Source: Nitrospirota bacterium (GTDB lineage: Bacteria > Nitrospirota > UBA9217). From it: 64,000 bases of DNA. A program made the translations under genes and the position numbers. Location of the stretch: NCBI GenBank assembly GCA_963741205.1, contig CAVUHW010000030.1, positions 64,001-128,000 on the forward strand, written 5' to 3'. The notes under the pieces are model-generated. The model ran no database searches and was not told the origin of the DNA. It saw only the letters and a list, made by a program, of their open reading frames with translations. Below are positions 52,108-63,082 of the stretch, piece by piece; within the stretch, counting starts at the first letter, position 1; each line of letters begins with the position of its first letter.

Positions 52108-53301
52108 ATGATCACCAGCGACATCCTCGCGGATTCACATAAATACATCATGAATACCTACGGCCGTCAGCCGCTCGTGCTCGTCAAGGGCAGGGGGACG
52201 AGGGTCTTCGACTCCGACGGACGGGAATACATCGACTTCGTCTCCGGCGTGGCGGTGTGCAACCTGGGCCACTGCCACCCGCGGGTTGTCGTAGCGCTCC
52301 AGAAACAGGCGCAGCGGCTGATGCATGTGTCGAACCACTACCATAACGAGCCGCAGATCAATCTGGCGAAGGCGCTCGTCCAGCATTCGTTCGCGGACAA
52401 GGTGTTTTTCTGCAATTCAGGCACCGAGGCCGTCGAGGCCGCCATCAAGCTCGCGCGCAGGTATGCCCGGGAAATCTTAAAAGAGGACCGGTTCGAGATC
52501 ATCACGATGCGGGGGTCGTTCCACGGCCGGACACTGGGCGCCCTCGCGGCGACGGCGCAGGACAAGTTCCACAAGGGCTTTGAGCCTGTGGCCCCCGGGT
52601 TCCGGTATGTTCCCTTCAATGACGTCCCCGCGGTCGATGCGGCGGTCAACGAACATACCTGCGCGGTTCTCGTCGAGCCCGTTCAGGGCGAGGGCGGCGT
52701 CAACGTACCGTCCGACGGTTATCTCAAGTCTCTCCGTGAGCTCTGCGACCGACACGGCATCCTGCTCATGCTCGACGAGATCCAGACCGGAATGGGCCGG
52801 ACAGGCAAGCTCTTCGCCTACGAACATGCCGGCGTCACGCCCGACGTGGCGGCGCTCGCCAAAGGACTCGGCGCCGGCATGCCGATCGGCGCGCTCCTGG
52901 CGACCGACAAAGCGGCCCGGGCCTTGGCGCCCGGCTCGCACGGCTCCACCTTCGGCGGAAACCCCCTGGCCTGCGCCGCGGCGCTGGCTTCACTCGAGGC
53001 GTTGATCGAGGACGACATCATCATCCCGGCAGTGGAGCGACTCGGGAGATATTTTTTAGAAGGGCTTCGCGGCCTTCAGAAAAAATACTCCTTTGTGATG
53101 GACGTCCGGGGCAAGGGCCTGCTCGTGGGCATGGAACTGGATTTCCCCGGAAAGGACATCGTGACCGCCTGCCTCAGGGAAGGGCTGTTGATCAACTGCA
53201 CCATGGACACGGTACTGCGCTTCATGCCGCCGCTCATCATCACCGAAGAGGAGATCGACAGGCTCCTGCGGGTGCTCGACGGGATATTCGCGCAGCGGTG
53301 A
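52108..53301 (+). CDS. argD: acetylornithine aminotransferase
   Basis: MNTYGR, FCNSGTEA.EAAIK, SFHGRT, EPVQGEGG, DEIQTGMGRTG, AKGLG.G.PIGA, HGSTFGGNP; upstream of argF. Confidence 0.93.
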   Translation: MITSDILADSHKYIMNTYGRQPLVLVKGRGTRVFDSDGREYIDFVSGVAVCNLGHCHPRVVVALQKQAQRLMHVSNHYHNEPQINLAKALVQHSFADKVFFCNSGTEAVEAAIKLARRYAREILKEDRFEIITMRGSFHGRTLGALAATAQDKFHKGFEPVAPGFRYVPFNDVPAVDAAVNEHTCAVLVEPVQGEGGVNVPSDGYLKSLRELCDRHGILLMLDEIQTGMGRTGKLFAYEHAGVTPDVAALAKGLGAGMPIGALLATDKAARALAPGSHGSTFGGNPLACAAALASLEALIEDDIIIPAVERLGRYFLEGLRGLQKKYSFVMDVRGKGLLVGMELDFPGKDIVTACLREGLLINCTMDTVLRFMPPLIITEEEIDRLLRVLDGIFAQR

Positions 53302-53317
53302 ATTGAATCAGCAACAG

Positions 53318-53402
53318 CCCACTCACCCCGGCCCTCTCACCCTCGGGAGAGGGGGTCCTTTGTTTCCTCTCCCCTCAGCGGAGAGATCAACGGTGAGGGG
53401 TG
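53318..53402. repeat. CCCCTCACCC/CTCTCCC-type palindromic interspersed repeat
   Basis: CTCACCCCGGCCCTCTCACCCTCGGGAGAGGG...CTCTCCCCTCAGCGGAGAG..GGTGAGGGG. Confidence 0.55.
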
Positions 53403-53415
53403 GTTTGGAGACTTC

Positions 53416-54355
53416 ATGAAAAAAGACTTGCTCGCCATTTCGGACCTCACGCCGAAAGACATCGACAACATTCTCAAACGCTCCGCCGCCTTGAAAAAAA
53501 TGCGGCGCCAGGGCAAGGCCCACCCGACCCTGAAGGGGAAGACGCTCGGCATGATCTTCGAGAAGTCCTCGACGAGGACGCGGGTGTCCTTCGAGGTCGG
53601 CATGTACCAGCTCGGGGGCCAGGCCCTCTTCCTGTCGTCCGCACGACCTCCAGATCGGCCGCGGAGAACCCGTCGCCGATACGGCGCGCACCCTCTCCCG
53701 GTACCTTGACGGGATCATGATCCGCACCTTCGCCCAGTCCACGGTCGAGGAACTGGCGCGTCACGCGACGATTCCCGTGATCAACGGCCTGTCCGATCTC
53801 CACCACCCCTGTCAGGCCCTTGCGGACCTCTTGACCATCCGGGAGAAAAAGGGGAAATTGAAGGGGCTGAAACTCGCCTACGTGGGCGACGGGAACAACG
53901 TGGCAAACTCCCTCATCGAAGCCTGCGTTAAAACGGGGATGCATATTTCCATCGCCTGCCCCCACGGCTACGAACCCGATGCCGGGGTGATGCGCGATGC
54001 CAAGCGCGAGGCCGCAAAGACCGGCTCGGAACTCAGTATCGTCAACGATCCGTTCAAGGCGGTGAAGGATGCCGACGCCGTTTACACCGACGTATGGGCG
54101 AGCATGGGCCAGGAGGCGGAACACGCCGTTCGCGTGAGGGCGTTCAAGGGATACCAGATCGACGCCAGGCTCATGAAAGCGGCCCGGCCCGGGGCGATCG
54201 CGATGCACTGCCTTCCGGCCCATCGCGGAGAGGAAATCTCCGCCGAGGTGATCGACGGGCCCCAGTCGGTCGTCTTCGACGAGGCCGAGAACCGACTGCA
54301 TACGCAGAAGGCCGTGCTCGAACTGCTGATGAAGCAGGCAACGACCGTCCGATAA
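53416..54355 (+). CDS. argF: ornithine carbamoyltransferase; frameshift near 53640
   Basis: [41 protein letters not shown]. Confidence 0.95.
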
Positions 54356-54665
54356 AGCCTCAGTTACGGGCGCTTCTTGCGAAAGCAGCATCCTTTAGAG
54401 TGCAAGATCATCGAGTCAGGATCCATTCCATGATGACGGCACGCAATCATGACGCCTCGAACAAGTCGGGACTGCTGCACGCGTAACTGCATTTCGACTC
54501 TGTTGTTTTGCGCCGCTTGACGGGTAAAATTGCAAGAGTAGATAAAGACAACTTGAAACTTGGGACAATAAATCTCAAATTACAATCTCACGCTGACAAG
54601 CCTCCTGAAATGTGCTATATATGACGCAGTTCTTCACTCGGCACTGTAATTTCGGAGGTGTGCGC

Positions 54666-55374
54666 ATGAAACCTTTCATCGGGATCACCATGAACCTGGA
54701 GGTCCAGCCCGCGAGGAACATCAACATGCTGGACCAGGATTACGGGAACGCCGTTGTGAAAGCGGGCGGCATACCGGTGCCGATTCTCGGCATCGAAAGC
54801 TCCATCCCCGATCTGATCAGGCGTCTTGACGGGTTCATCTTTACCGGCGGCGACGACATCGACCCCCGGATCTACAAGGAGAAGCCGGTCGCCAACGCTC
54901 GCATGACGGTCTCTCCGGACGGGCGAACCCGGTTCGAGATCGAGCTTTTCAAGGCGGCAGCCAAGGCAAACAAACCGCTCCTCGCCATCTGCTATGGCGC
55001 TCAGCTGGTGAACGTTGCGCTCGGCGGCAAGCTGTACCAGGACATCGAGCTGCAGGTCCCTCACCCGATAAAGCACGGCCCGGAACGGCCCGGTGAGAAG
55101 GTCTTTCACGAGGTCGATATCTTCGAAGGCACGATGCTCTCGCGCATCCTGGGCGCTTCCCGTATCCGCGTGCGGAGCTCGCACCACCAGAGCGTAAAAA
55201 ACCCGGGCCGGGGGCTCCATCTCTCCGCCGTCGCGCCCGACCGCGTGATCGAAGCCCTTGAACCGCAGGACAAACCAATTTTTGATCGCAGTCCAATGGC
55301 ATCCGGAAAAAACACCCAATGATCGATACTCCAAGAAGCTCTTCGAAGCGCTCATTTCCTCCGCGAAAAAATAG
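54666..55374 (+). CDS. gamma-glutamyl-GABA hydrolase family (peptidase C26)
   Basis: GG.DIDP, P.LAICYG.Q..NVA.GG.LYQD, S.HHQ, VQWHPE (other frame). Confidence 0.9.
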
Positions 55375-55409
55375 CCTGCCGGGAGGGAGCCGGGAAACGT
55401 CCATCGCAC

Positions 55410-56979
55410 TTGCTCTTCCTCCTCACGTCCCTGTTCCTGGCCGCTGTTCTCGGCTGTCACAGATCCGATGAAGGACGACTCCCCGGCTACCTCTACCTCA
55501 GGCTGAACAATAATCCAACCACCCTTGACCCGGCGCTCATAACCGACGTCCAGGGGGGCGGCATCGCGGCGAAGCTTTTCAACGGTCTGGTCCGTTTCAA
55601 TGAAAACCTCGACATCGTACCCGACATCGCCCGTTCGTGGCAGTTGTCCGAGGACCAAAGGACCTACACGTTCCGGCTCCGCTTCGATGTCTCATTCAGC
55701 AACGGACGGAAGATAACGGCCAGGGACGTCAAATACTCCTTCGAACGCGTACTCATCCCGCAGACCAAGGCGCCCCTTACCTGGGTCCTCGACAAAATCG
55801 AAGGGGCGAACGACGTCATCGCAGGGAAAACCACGGACCTTGCAGGCGTGCGCGTGGTAAACGATCATACCCTGGCCATCAAGCTCGAGAAGCCTTTCGG
55901 GCCGTTCCTGTCTCTTCTTGCCATGACCACGGCCTATGTCGTTCCCCGGGAAGACGTCCAGCGCCTCGGTCAGGATTTCGGCATCGAAACCCGTGGGGAG
56001 CGGTCCGTACACCTTGCATGAATGGAAGCATGGACAGCACGTGGTCCTCGCCGCGCGCGAAGACTACTTCGAGGGACGGCCGAAGCTCAACGGCATTTAC
56101 TACCGCATCATACCGGAAGACCTTACGGCGGTGATGGAATTCGAGACAGGCCGGCTCGACATACTCCTTATCCCCTCTTCCGAGTACCGGCGCTATACCA
56201 CGGATCCCGCCTGGCGCGACCTCGTTTATGGAAAACCGGGGCTGAACAGCTATTATCTGGGCCTCAACTGTACGCGTCCGCCCTTCAACGACCTCCGGGT
56301 CCGGCAGGCTGTCAATTACGCCATAGACCGGCAGCACATCCTGAATACGGTCTTTGAAAAACGCGGTGTTCTGGCTGCCGGGCCCGTCCCGCCGGGCCTG
56401 TGGAAGCACAGCATCATACCCCAGGCGCTGAAAGGGTACCGCTACGATCCGGGCAAGGCGAAAGAACTGATCCATCAGGCCGGTGCTGATGGCGCGACCA
56501 TAAACATATACATTTCAGCCGATCCCGAGGTCCTTGATATTGTCGAAGTCATCCAGGGCTACCTTGCTGCGGTGGGGATAAAGGCGAAAATTACGCAACT
56601 AGACTGGAGCGCCTTCAAGCAGGCGGTAAATGAAGGCGAGCCCGAGGCGTTCTGGCTTTCCTGGTGGGCGGATTATCCGGACCCGGAAAACTTTCTCTTC
56701 CCCCTGTTCCATTCGGCGAGCGCCGGCTCTGCCGGGAACCGGACGAGGTGCCTTGATCCGGAACTTGACCATCTGATCGAGAAGGCCGAGCATACCATGG
56801 ATGAACGGCAGCGGTACCGCCTTTACCGGCAAGCCGAGGACCGCATCATCCAGGATGCTCCATGGGTATTCATGTGGCACCGGGCGGACTACTACGTGAT
56901 CCAGCCCTGGGTAAAGGACTTCAAGATCTATCCCCTCTATTCCATCGACAAGAGGGTCGATATCACGGTACAACGGTAA
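55410..56979 (+). CDS. ABC transporter substrate-binding lipoprotein, family 5 (DppA/OppA-like); frameshift near 55985
   Basis: VLGC lipobox, P.TLDPA, LFNGLV, TA.DVKYSFER, PVGSGPY, VRQA.NYAIDR, W.ADYPDP. Confidence 0.9.
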
Positions 56980-57010
56980 AAATAAAGCCGCCCCGCTTCG
57001 CGGGACGGCT
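56978..57010. terminator. terminator between convergent genes
   Basis: AGCCG.CCCG-cttcg-CGGG.CGGCT with A-tract on the left. Confidence 0.65.
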
Positions 57011-57060
57011 GTCAGTCATCTGAACTCTGTACTTTGAACTCTGATCTTATTTGAATAAAC

Positions 57061-57447
57061 CTACCCTTTCCAGACACGGGCGGCATTCTTAACCTTCGTC
57101 GACATCTCGACCGTAAATTCCTTGATCCCGTGGGCCTCGCGCGCGTGCACGGCCATCCCGTCGGCGATGAGTTCCTCGGTCTGGGCGATGTACCTGAAGC
57201 CGCAGTTTACACCAAGGTCCTTGCACGTTACTTCTTTGAGCACCGGCGCGTCTTTTTCCGGCATCGAAACTTGAGGCGCCTTGCTGAAGGCCTGCTTGAT
57301 GTTGCCCACCATCTCTTGCGTCAACGCCGGTACGTTGTGCACGTCCCGCAGATGGATCGCCACCATGTCCGTCAACAGCTCCTCGGTCTTCGCAATATGC
57401 TTCCACCCGCACTTGTATCCCAGACTTTTGCACGTGAACTCTCTCAT
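57061..57447 (-). CDS. tandem DUF1059 metal-binding protein
   Basis: Two repeats of C..LG..CG....A.TEE........H....H; GGAGG RBS. Confidence 0.85.
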   Translation of the reverse strand: MREFTCKSLGYKCGWKHIAKTEELLTDMVAIHLRDVHNVPALTQEMVGNIKQAFSKAPQVSMPEKDAPVLKEVTCKDLGVNCGFRYIAQTEELIADGMAVHAREAHGIKEFTVEMSTKVKNAARVWKG

Positions 57448-57546
57448 GATGCACCTCCCTTTGATCATTTAGTATTAAGTCTTTAGGACTCTTTCATAAG
57501 TATACCACGGGAATATTTGCGAAGGAATAAAGATGCACAGATTGCA

Positions 57547-57690
57547 TGAACTACCCGCCACTGAACCAATTACATGGTTGCAGTGGGGGTTTCACGGATC
57601 ATAGAAGCGTGCAGCCCTGGGTAGTTCCCAAGTCGTGTCTTATCTGCTTCTCCCCGTGCGTAACTTCGGCCGGTTCCCGGCCTAGTGTTT
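57547..57690 (-). ncRNA. putative omegaRNA/reRNA scaffold of TnpB
   Basis: Overlaps the tnpB 3' end and the right-end hairpin, as in characterised TnpB systems; 5' boundary uncertain. Confidence 0.6.
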
Positions 57691-59010
57691 CCTTCTTCCT
57701 TAGCCGCATGGCGCGCTTGTGATACTTTACGGTAATTTCGCCGGACACAAGCATTTCTATGCCGCGCTTCTTAATAACGAGAGACGCATTGGTATCGGCG
57801 TTTTCCGTAAAGCCACAGCTCTGGCAATCGAACACGCCTGTGACTGGCGATTGTCGGGTGAGTGTGCGAACACTTCGAACACTCCTGTGAGGTGCCGTGC
57901 GGCGGTATGGCGATAACGAGCTTGTTGCGTCGCGAGGCTTTGTACGTCGTAAAGAGTTTTACCTTGCCCCACGCTGATTCGAGTATGGACTTGTTGAGAC
58001 CGGCCTTGGCCTTTACCCCGTTCGCCATATACGTCCCGCCGGCTGACTTCTTAGGTTTTGGCGCTCTGGTCATGTTCTTGACCTTGAGGTCCTCGAAGAC
58101 GAACACCTCTGCGGGTGAATCCACGAGCTTGCGGCTGGCCTTATGCGCGAAATCATGCCTCACATTGGCAGCATACAGCCTGGCACCGGGCTGATTTCGC
58201 AACTGATTGCCTAAAGCGGCCGGATCCTTTGATCCGCCTCGCCAATTGTCTCTGATATCTCTTCTTCCGGGCATCCTTTTTTAACAGTCGCTCTTTTTGG
58301 ATGCTGGAGAAGTCATGCACCGAGCCGTCGCTCATTGCCAGCGGGATTTTCACCCCTCGGTCCATTCCCAGGGCAACGATATTGAGACTCTCTGATGACA
58401 TGCAGCCGTAAAGCTCGAGAAGTTCCTGCTCGCTCATAACTGTGCCTTGCTTCTCATAGGAGAAGGAGACAGACCATTTCCCGGACTCCCGGGAAATGGT
58501 GATGGCCGCAGGAACCCCGTACTCGTCGTGAGCCTTGAACTTAAGCTCGCCCAGATCGACCGACTTTATGCCAAGCATCAGCCGGTGCTCATATATTGTT
58601 TTGTCTTGCCGCTGTTTTGAGCCTCCAGTAGGGACGAACCTGAATAGCTCGCTGGTAATCCAGACGGACTGCTGTCCCGCCTTCTTTTTATAAGCAGGGC
58701 GACCAGCCAGCCCTGTCAGGTACCTCTTGTAGGCGCCCATGAACCTGGTTGCGCCATTCCTTAGGATCTGAGACGGCACATCGTTCAGAAACGGGGTGAG
58801 TTTCTTGTCCTTGAACTGGGCATACTGCTGATCAATCGGCGGCTGTAGTCCGGTCAGCGACAGCGAGTGGTTTCGGAATGTTCGGAAATAACGCTCTTCG
58901 GCAACCTTGGCGTTGTAGATAAACCGCTGGCAGCCCATCCACTGCGCGAGAATATCGGACTGCTCCGTTGTCGGGTAGCAACGGAATTTTATGCCGCTTG
59001 AAAACGCCAT
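57599..59010 (-). CDS. tnpB: RNA-guided endonuclease TnpB (~470 aa); frameshifted
   Basis: KFRCYPT..Q...L....GC.RF.YN; RuvC GMDRGV, FEDL, NADTNA; CSKC/CQSC zinc finger. Confidence 0.9.
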
Positions 59011-59527
59011 ATTTCTAATATAGGTGAGGCTGCATGAAAGCGCAACTAAATAAAACGTTGCCGCCCTCAGCCTATATTGTGAGGCTAAATATCGTTTTTA
59101 GTAGCACAAGCATGGCACAAATCCACGGCCAAATCAGTCCGCTTGACTCCCTCTTGGCGCTTCGCCCCTAGCAGGGGGAATGCGCGGACTTTATTAAAAG
59201 AGAAAGAGAGAGAAAAGGAAGAAAAGGAAAAGGTGACGCACAGAAGCGGTTGCGGCATGACTGGGCCAGTACGAAGTTGAATATGTACGAGATTACCTGA
59301 GCATCCACAACAATGCCAGTGGCTACTGTCACGCTCCAACCAAAACCTGTACAGTTACTGTCACACCGACCCTACAGTAATAATCCGATGGGTCTTCGAT
59401 AACGGATTATCCCACATAAGCATAAATATTAATACCTCCCCTTAAGCCTGCCACTTGGGATTCAACAATGTACTCGCTATATAAGGATATTAAATTCATA
59501 GGGGTGATATACGCGATTGGAATCAAG

Positions 59528-59567
59528 CGATGAGGCGTGATATCACACGATGTGGCGTGATATCACA
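59528..59567. repeat. 2 x 20-bp tandem repeat containing palindrome GTGATATCAC
   Basis: CGATGAGGCGTGATATCACA CGATGTGGCGTGATATCACA. Confidence 0.8.
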
Positions 59568-59959
59568 CCATAAACGGGCTGTTGAAAACATTGTTAAGAT
59601 TATGTGCAGAGCTGTCGAAATAGACAGATAGAGCGGAAGTGGTGTTATCTGGCGTGCTGATGTAGGTGTGGTAGGAGGTGAAAGGAAACAGGCGAGATAG
59701 GAATCATCCTGTGTGAAATCGTATGAACGTCAAAAACAAGAAACTACCACAGGCGCAGTAGACTTGCAATCAGGGAATCCCTGATTTTTGGCTTCGTTTT
59801 TCCTGACCCGCAAAAGGTACGGCAAGGTTTTTCAGAGTGATGGAGTTTGCAGAAAAATTCATTCTCTACCTTACTCAGGAAATGGCAGGAACACGTAAAA
59901 AATAAGATGGGCTGAAGATTATGAAGGAGAGATATCGATATGAGTCAAGCGGAGGCAAA

Positions 59960-59996
59960 ACAAAACGCCGGTCCTGACTGATGACCGGCGTTTTGT
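59960..59996. terminator. bidirectional intrinsic terminator after ccsB
   Basis: ACAAAACGCCGGTC-N9-GACCGGCGTTTTGT. Confidence 0.75.
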
Positions 59997-60034
59997 AAAT
60001 GCTGACTGCGAAATTCCTTCAGGATGGGTTTCGT

Positions 60035-61280
60035 TTAATTCATCCCTCCATAAGAGTGGAGCCCGGAAAGCACCAGGTTCACCCCCAGGTAGGTGAAGAT
60101 GACGGCGAGGAAACCGACCGAGGAGATGACGGCCATCTGGGCGCCTTTCCAGCCCCTGACATACCTCGCATGGAGATAGATGGCATAGACGAACCATGTA
60201 ATCAGCGACCACGTCTCTTTCGGGTCCCAGCCCCAGTAAGTGCCCCAGGCGCTGTTCGCCCAGACGGCCCCGGTGATGATGCCGCCGGTGAGGAGCGGCC
60301 ATCCGATGGCGATCATGCGGTAGGTTACATCGTCGAGCTGGTCCTGCGCGGGGACGTACTGCTTGAGAAGGTTCCTGAGGCCCAGCCCTTTGGACCAGAT
60401 GAAATAAAATATCGCGAGGACCGCGGCCCAACTGATGACGGCAACGACGGCGGATGAATTCAAAAACGTTGACTCGAACATGTGTTTCTTGAACGACTCC
60501 CCGGCCTCAAGATGCTTGAGCGAAATCAGGTAGACGAAATCGATGCCCATGGCGACGAGCATCACGACCGCCAGGGTGACGCAGAACGACCAGAAGAGAT
60601 ACACCTGCGACTTGTTCCGCGCTCCCGCCACGATGAGGTAGATGAACCAGGCCAGCGTCAGAACGCCAATCCCCAGCCAGAAGGCGGTCTTCATACGCGG
60701 AGCCCTGGCCTGCCATGAAATAGCCGACCGCCGCCAAAACGACCATCACCCCCAGGCCGAAGAAAAGATTCATCGCGGGTCCCTTGTCGTCGATGTCCAT
60801 GAGCAGGTAAATCATGCTGATGGCGAAGGCGACGCCGAAAGCGGCGTAGCCAAGGAAACTGATCAAGACGTGGTAGAATAGCCAATTGCTCTTTAAGGCC
60901 GGGACCAGCGGTGTAATGTCGGCGCTGATGCCCGCGACATTGATAAAGGCGAGCGCGAGGAAGGCCACGGGGATCACAAAAGCGCCGAAGGCCTTCGTCT
61001 TGTACTTGAACTCAACGATAAGATAGATCAGGACGGTGCTCCAGGTGAAAAAAACCAGCGATTCGTAAAGATTGGACAGCGGCACCCGGCCGATGTCCAT
61101 CTGGTACGACTCGCGCCACCGGAGCAGCAGGGCCGCAGTCTGCACCAGGAACCCGGCTGCGGTCACGATCGTGGCGGTCTGGCCGATCCCGTTCTTACGG
61201 AATGCGAGATAGCTGATATACAATACCATCGCGACCAGATAAGCCAAGGTTGCTATGTTAAAGAGCATGGGACTGTTCAT
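60035..61280 (-). CDS. ccsB: system II cytochrome c biogenesis protein CcsB/ResC; frameshift near 60700
   Basis: [48 protein letters not shown]. Confidence 0.93.
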
Positions 61281-61354
61281 TGAAGCCTCCTGAGTGACTT
61301 AAAACAAGCACCAAATTAGTACGATAACGGACTCTTGCAACCGCGCCCTTTATC

Positions 61355-61449
61355 CGTCATTCCGGCATGCATTAAGCCGGAATCCAGGGAATTAAATTCG
61401 CATTTTTTTGGAAAACCTGGATTCCCGATAGAGGCATTCGGGAATGACG
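61355..61449. repeat. CGTC-type REP-like double palindrome (dRS3/RPE-like)
   Basis: CGTCATTCCGGC...GCCGGAATCCAGG ... CCTGGATTCCCGA...TCGGGAATGACG. Confidence 0.75.
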
Positions 61450-61500
61450 AATAATTCGCTTGTCGTATTAGTCGTATTATATGTAATTCTGAACTTTCCC

Positions 61501-63013
61501 CTACTTCGAAATTTCTTCCACGATCCTGTTGAACTCCCGCTCGAAGCCGATGCGGTTCCGGTTGGCTGAGCCCGCCACCTGAATGACTATACGGCCCTTG
61601 CGTTCCTGGATGCGCACCCAGAGTTTTCTGTGGGACCCGAAAAAGGCGATGAGCGGCCCGATGCAGAGCATGATAAAACCCGTATAGACGACCCAGACGC
61701 CCGGGTCCTTGGTGACCTGAAGGCCGGTATAGCGGGTCCCATGGTAGCCGCGGAAAGCTGATGACGTAGTCCTCCGGCATGAGGGGTTTTCCGGGGTCCG
61801 TTTTCAGGACAACGGTCTGATAGGCGAGTTTCTTGCCCTGATACACCTCGAGCGCGGCCGCGGGGTTCACATACTCCTCGTTGTCCGCGCGGAAAAACTG
61901 CACCTCGCCCGTGGAGGGGTTCCGCAGGGCGTAAGGAGCGAAGCCGGACGCTTTGATTGTCCTATCGATGGAAGGAACATACAGGGAGGCGCCCAGTTCG
62001 ATGGCGACCGTTTCCCCCGCCGACTGGAGGTCGCTCTTTTTTCGTATGTTCAGGATGACCTGTCCGCGAGCGTCGGGCATGGGCCCGTAACTCGACTGGT
62101 AAAAGGTGATGCCGTGGTGTGTGAGCGGGTCGTTGACGCGGATGCGTTTGTCGAGGATTTTCCGGCCGTTCATGTCGAAGACACTCAGGGTGCTGTGGTA
62201 TTCCGACGGCATGCCGGTCGGCATCCCCGAAGGACCGATATAATAATCGACATCGAAGTCGTCGCAGCGGACGAAATACCCTAGCGGCATGGCCGGCACG
62301 CCGCCTTGCTGGCCCGGGATGACGGGGCTTTCCGCGATGCCGAGCGAACTCATGATCTGGTCCCAGAGGGGTTCGTTTCTGAGATAGACGAACTTGGACG
62401 CCTGGCCTTCGGGCAGATTCAAGAACGCCTTGAACCCGAAGAAAGAACCGATGAGCGCTCCCACAAAAATGAGGATGATGCTGACATGGGTGATATAGAC
62501 GCCCAGGCGGCTGTAAACGCCCTTCTGGGTCATGAGCTGCGGGCCGCCCGCGCCCTGGGACTTTACAAAACGGAACCCCCGCGCCTTGAGCACGTTTGAT
62601 GAGCGCTCCTCGGCCTTGATGATATCTCCCTCAAAGCCGATCTCCTTCTTGTACGGCACTGCCCTGAGGCTATCGTCGTCAATGGGCTTGAGCGGCGCTG
62701 TCATGATCCTGAGCGTATGGGGCAGGCGGTCGAGGGTGCAGACCGTGAGGTTCGCCGTGAAGAGGAAAAGCAGCATTACAAACCACCAGGTGTGATACAT
62801 GTCGAAAAAGCCGAGCATGTCGAAGAACTGCACCGTGGACTGGCTGTACTCCCTCAGATAGTGCTCCGGGGATTCGTTCTGCTGGATCACCGTGCCGATG
62901 ACCGATACGATCGCGAGGATGATCAAGAGCACGACTGCGAGCTTTACGGAAGTAAAGAATTTCCAGACCTTGTCTGCGACAATTTCGACGATGCCTTTTT
63001 GATTTTCCAACAC
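61501..63013 (-). CDS. resB: cytochrome c biogenesis protein ResB/Ccs1; frameshift near 61750
   Basis: SVKLA..LL...A..S.IGT.I.Q, D.Y..WWF, R.G.Y.TH.S, I.VN.PL...G..FYQSSY, TGLQV..DPG; real stop at 61501. Confidence 0.92.
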
Positions 63014-63039
63014 GACCTCCCGGTCCGAAACAGTTTAAT

Positions 63040-63068
63040 AAATTAACACAATGACTATCGGGTGTCAA
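63040..63068 (-). promoter_or_regulatory. sigma70-type promoter of resB-ccsB
   Basis: TTGACA-N17-TAATTT with upstream TG. Confidence 0.55.
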
Positions 63069-63082
63069 GGAGTTTGCCATGC

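Larger units (their letters stand above)
57547..59085 (-). mobile_element. IS200/IS605-family element, tnpB-only (IS1341-like)
   Basis: tnpB; right end GAAACCCCCACTG...CAGTGGCGGGTAGTTCA ending at 57547; long hairpin at 59017-59078 as probable left end; no tnpA. Confidence 0.8.

Noticed and set aside
50695-56475. Minus-strand ORFs 50695..51948, 53474..54391, 54615..55658
   Set aside because: Antisense to clearly identified DUF401, argF, peptidase C26 and ABC binding-protein genes
1771-63013. Widespread frameshifts read as mass pseudogenisation, phase variation or programmed frameshifting
   Set aside because: They hit essential housekeeping genes (hemL, argF, ccsB, resB) as well as accessory genes, are mostly single-base indels, and in-frame nonsense decay is not apparent; best explained as long-read consensus error
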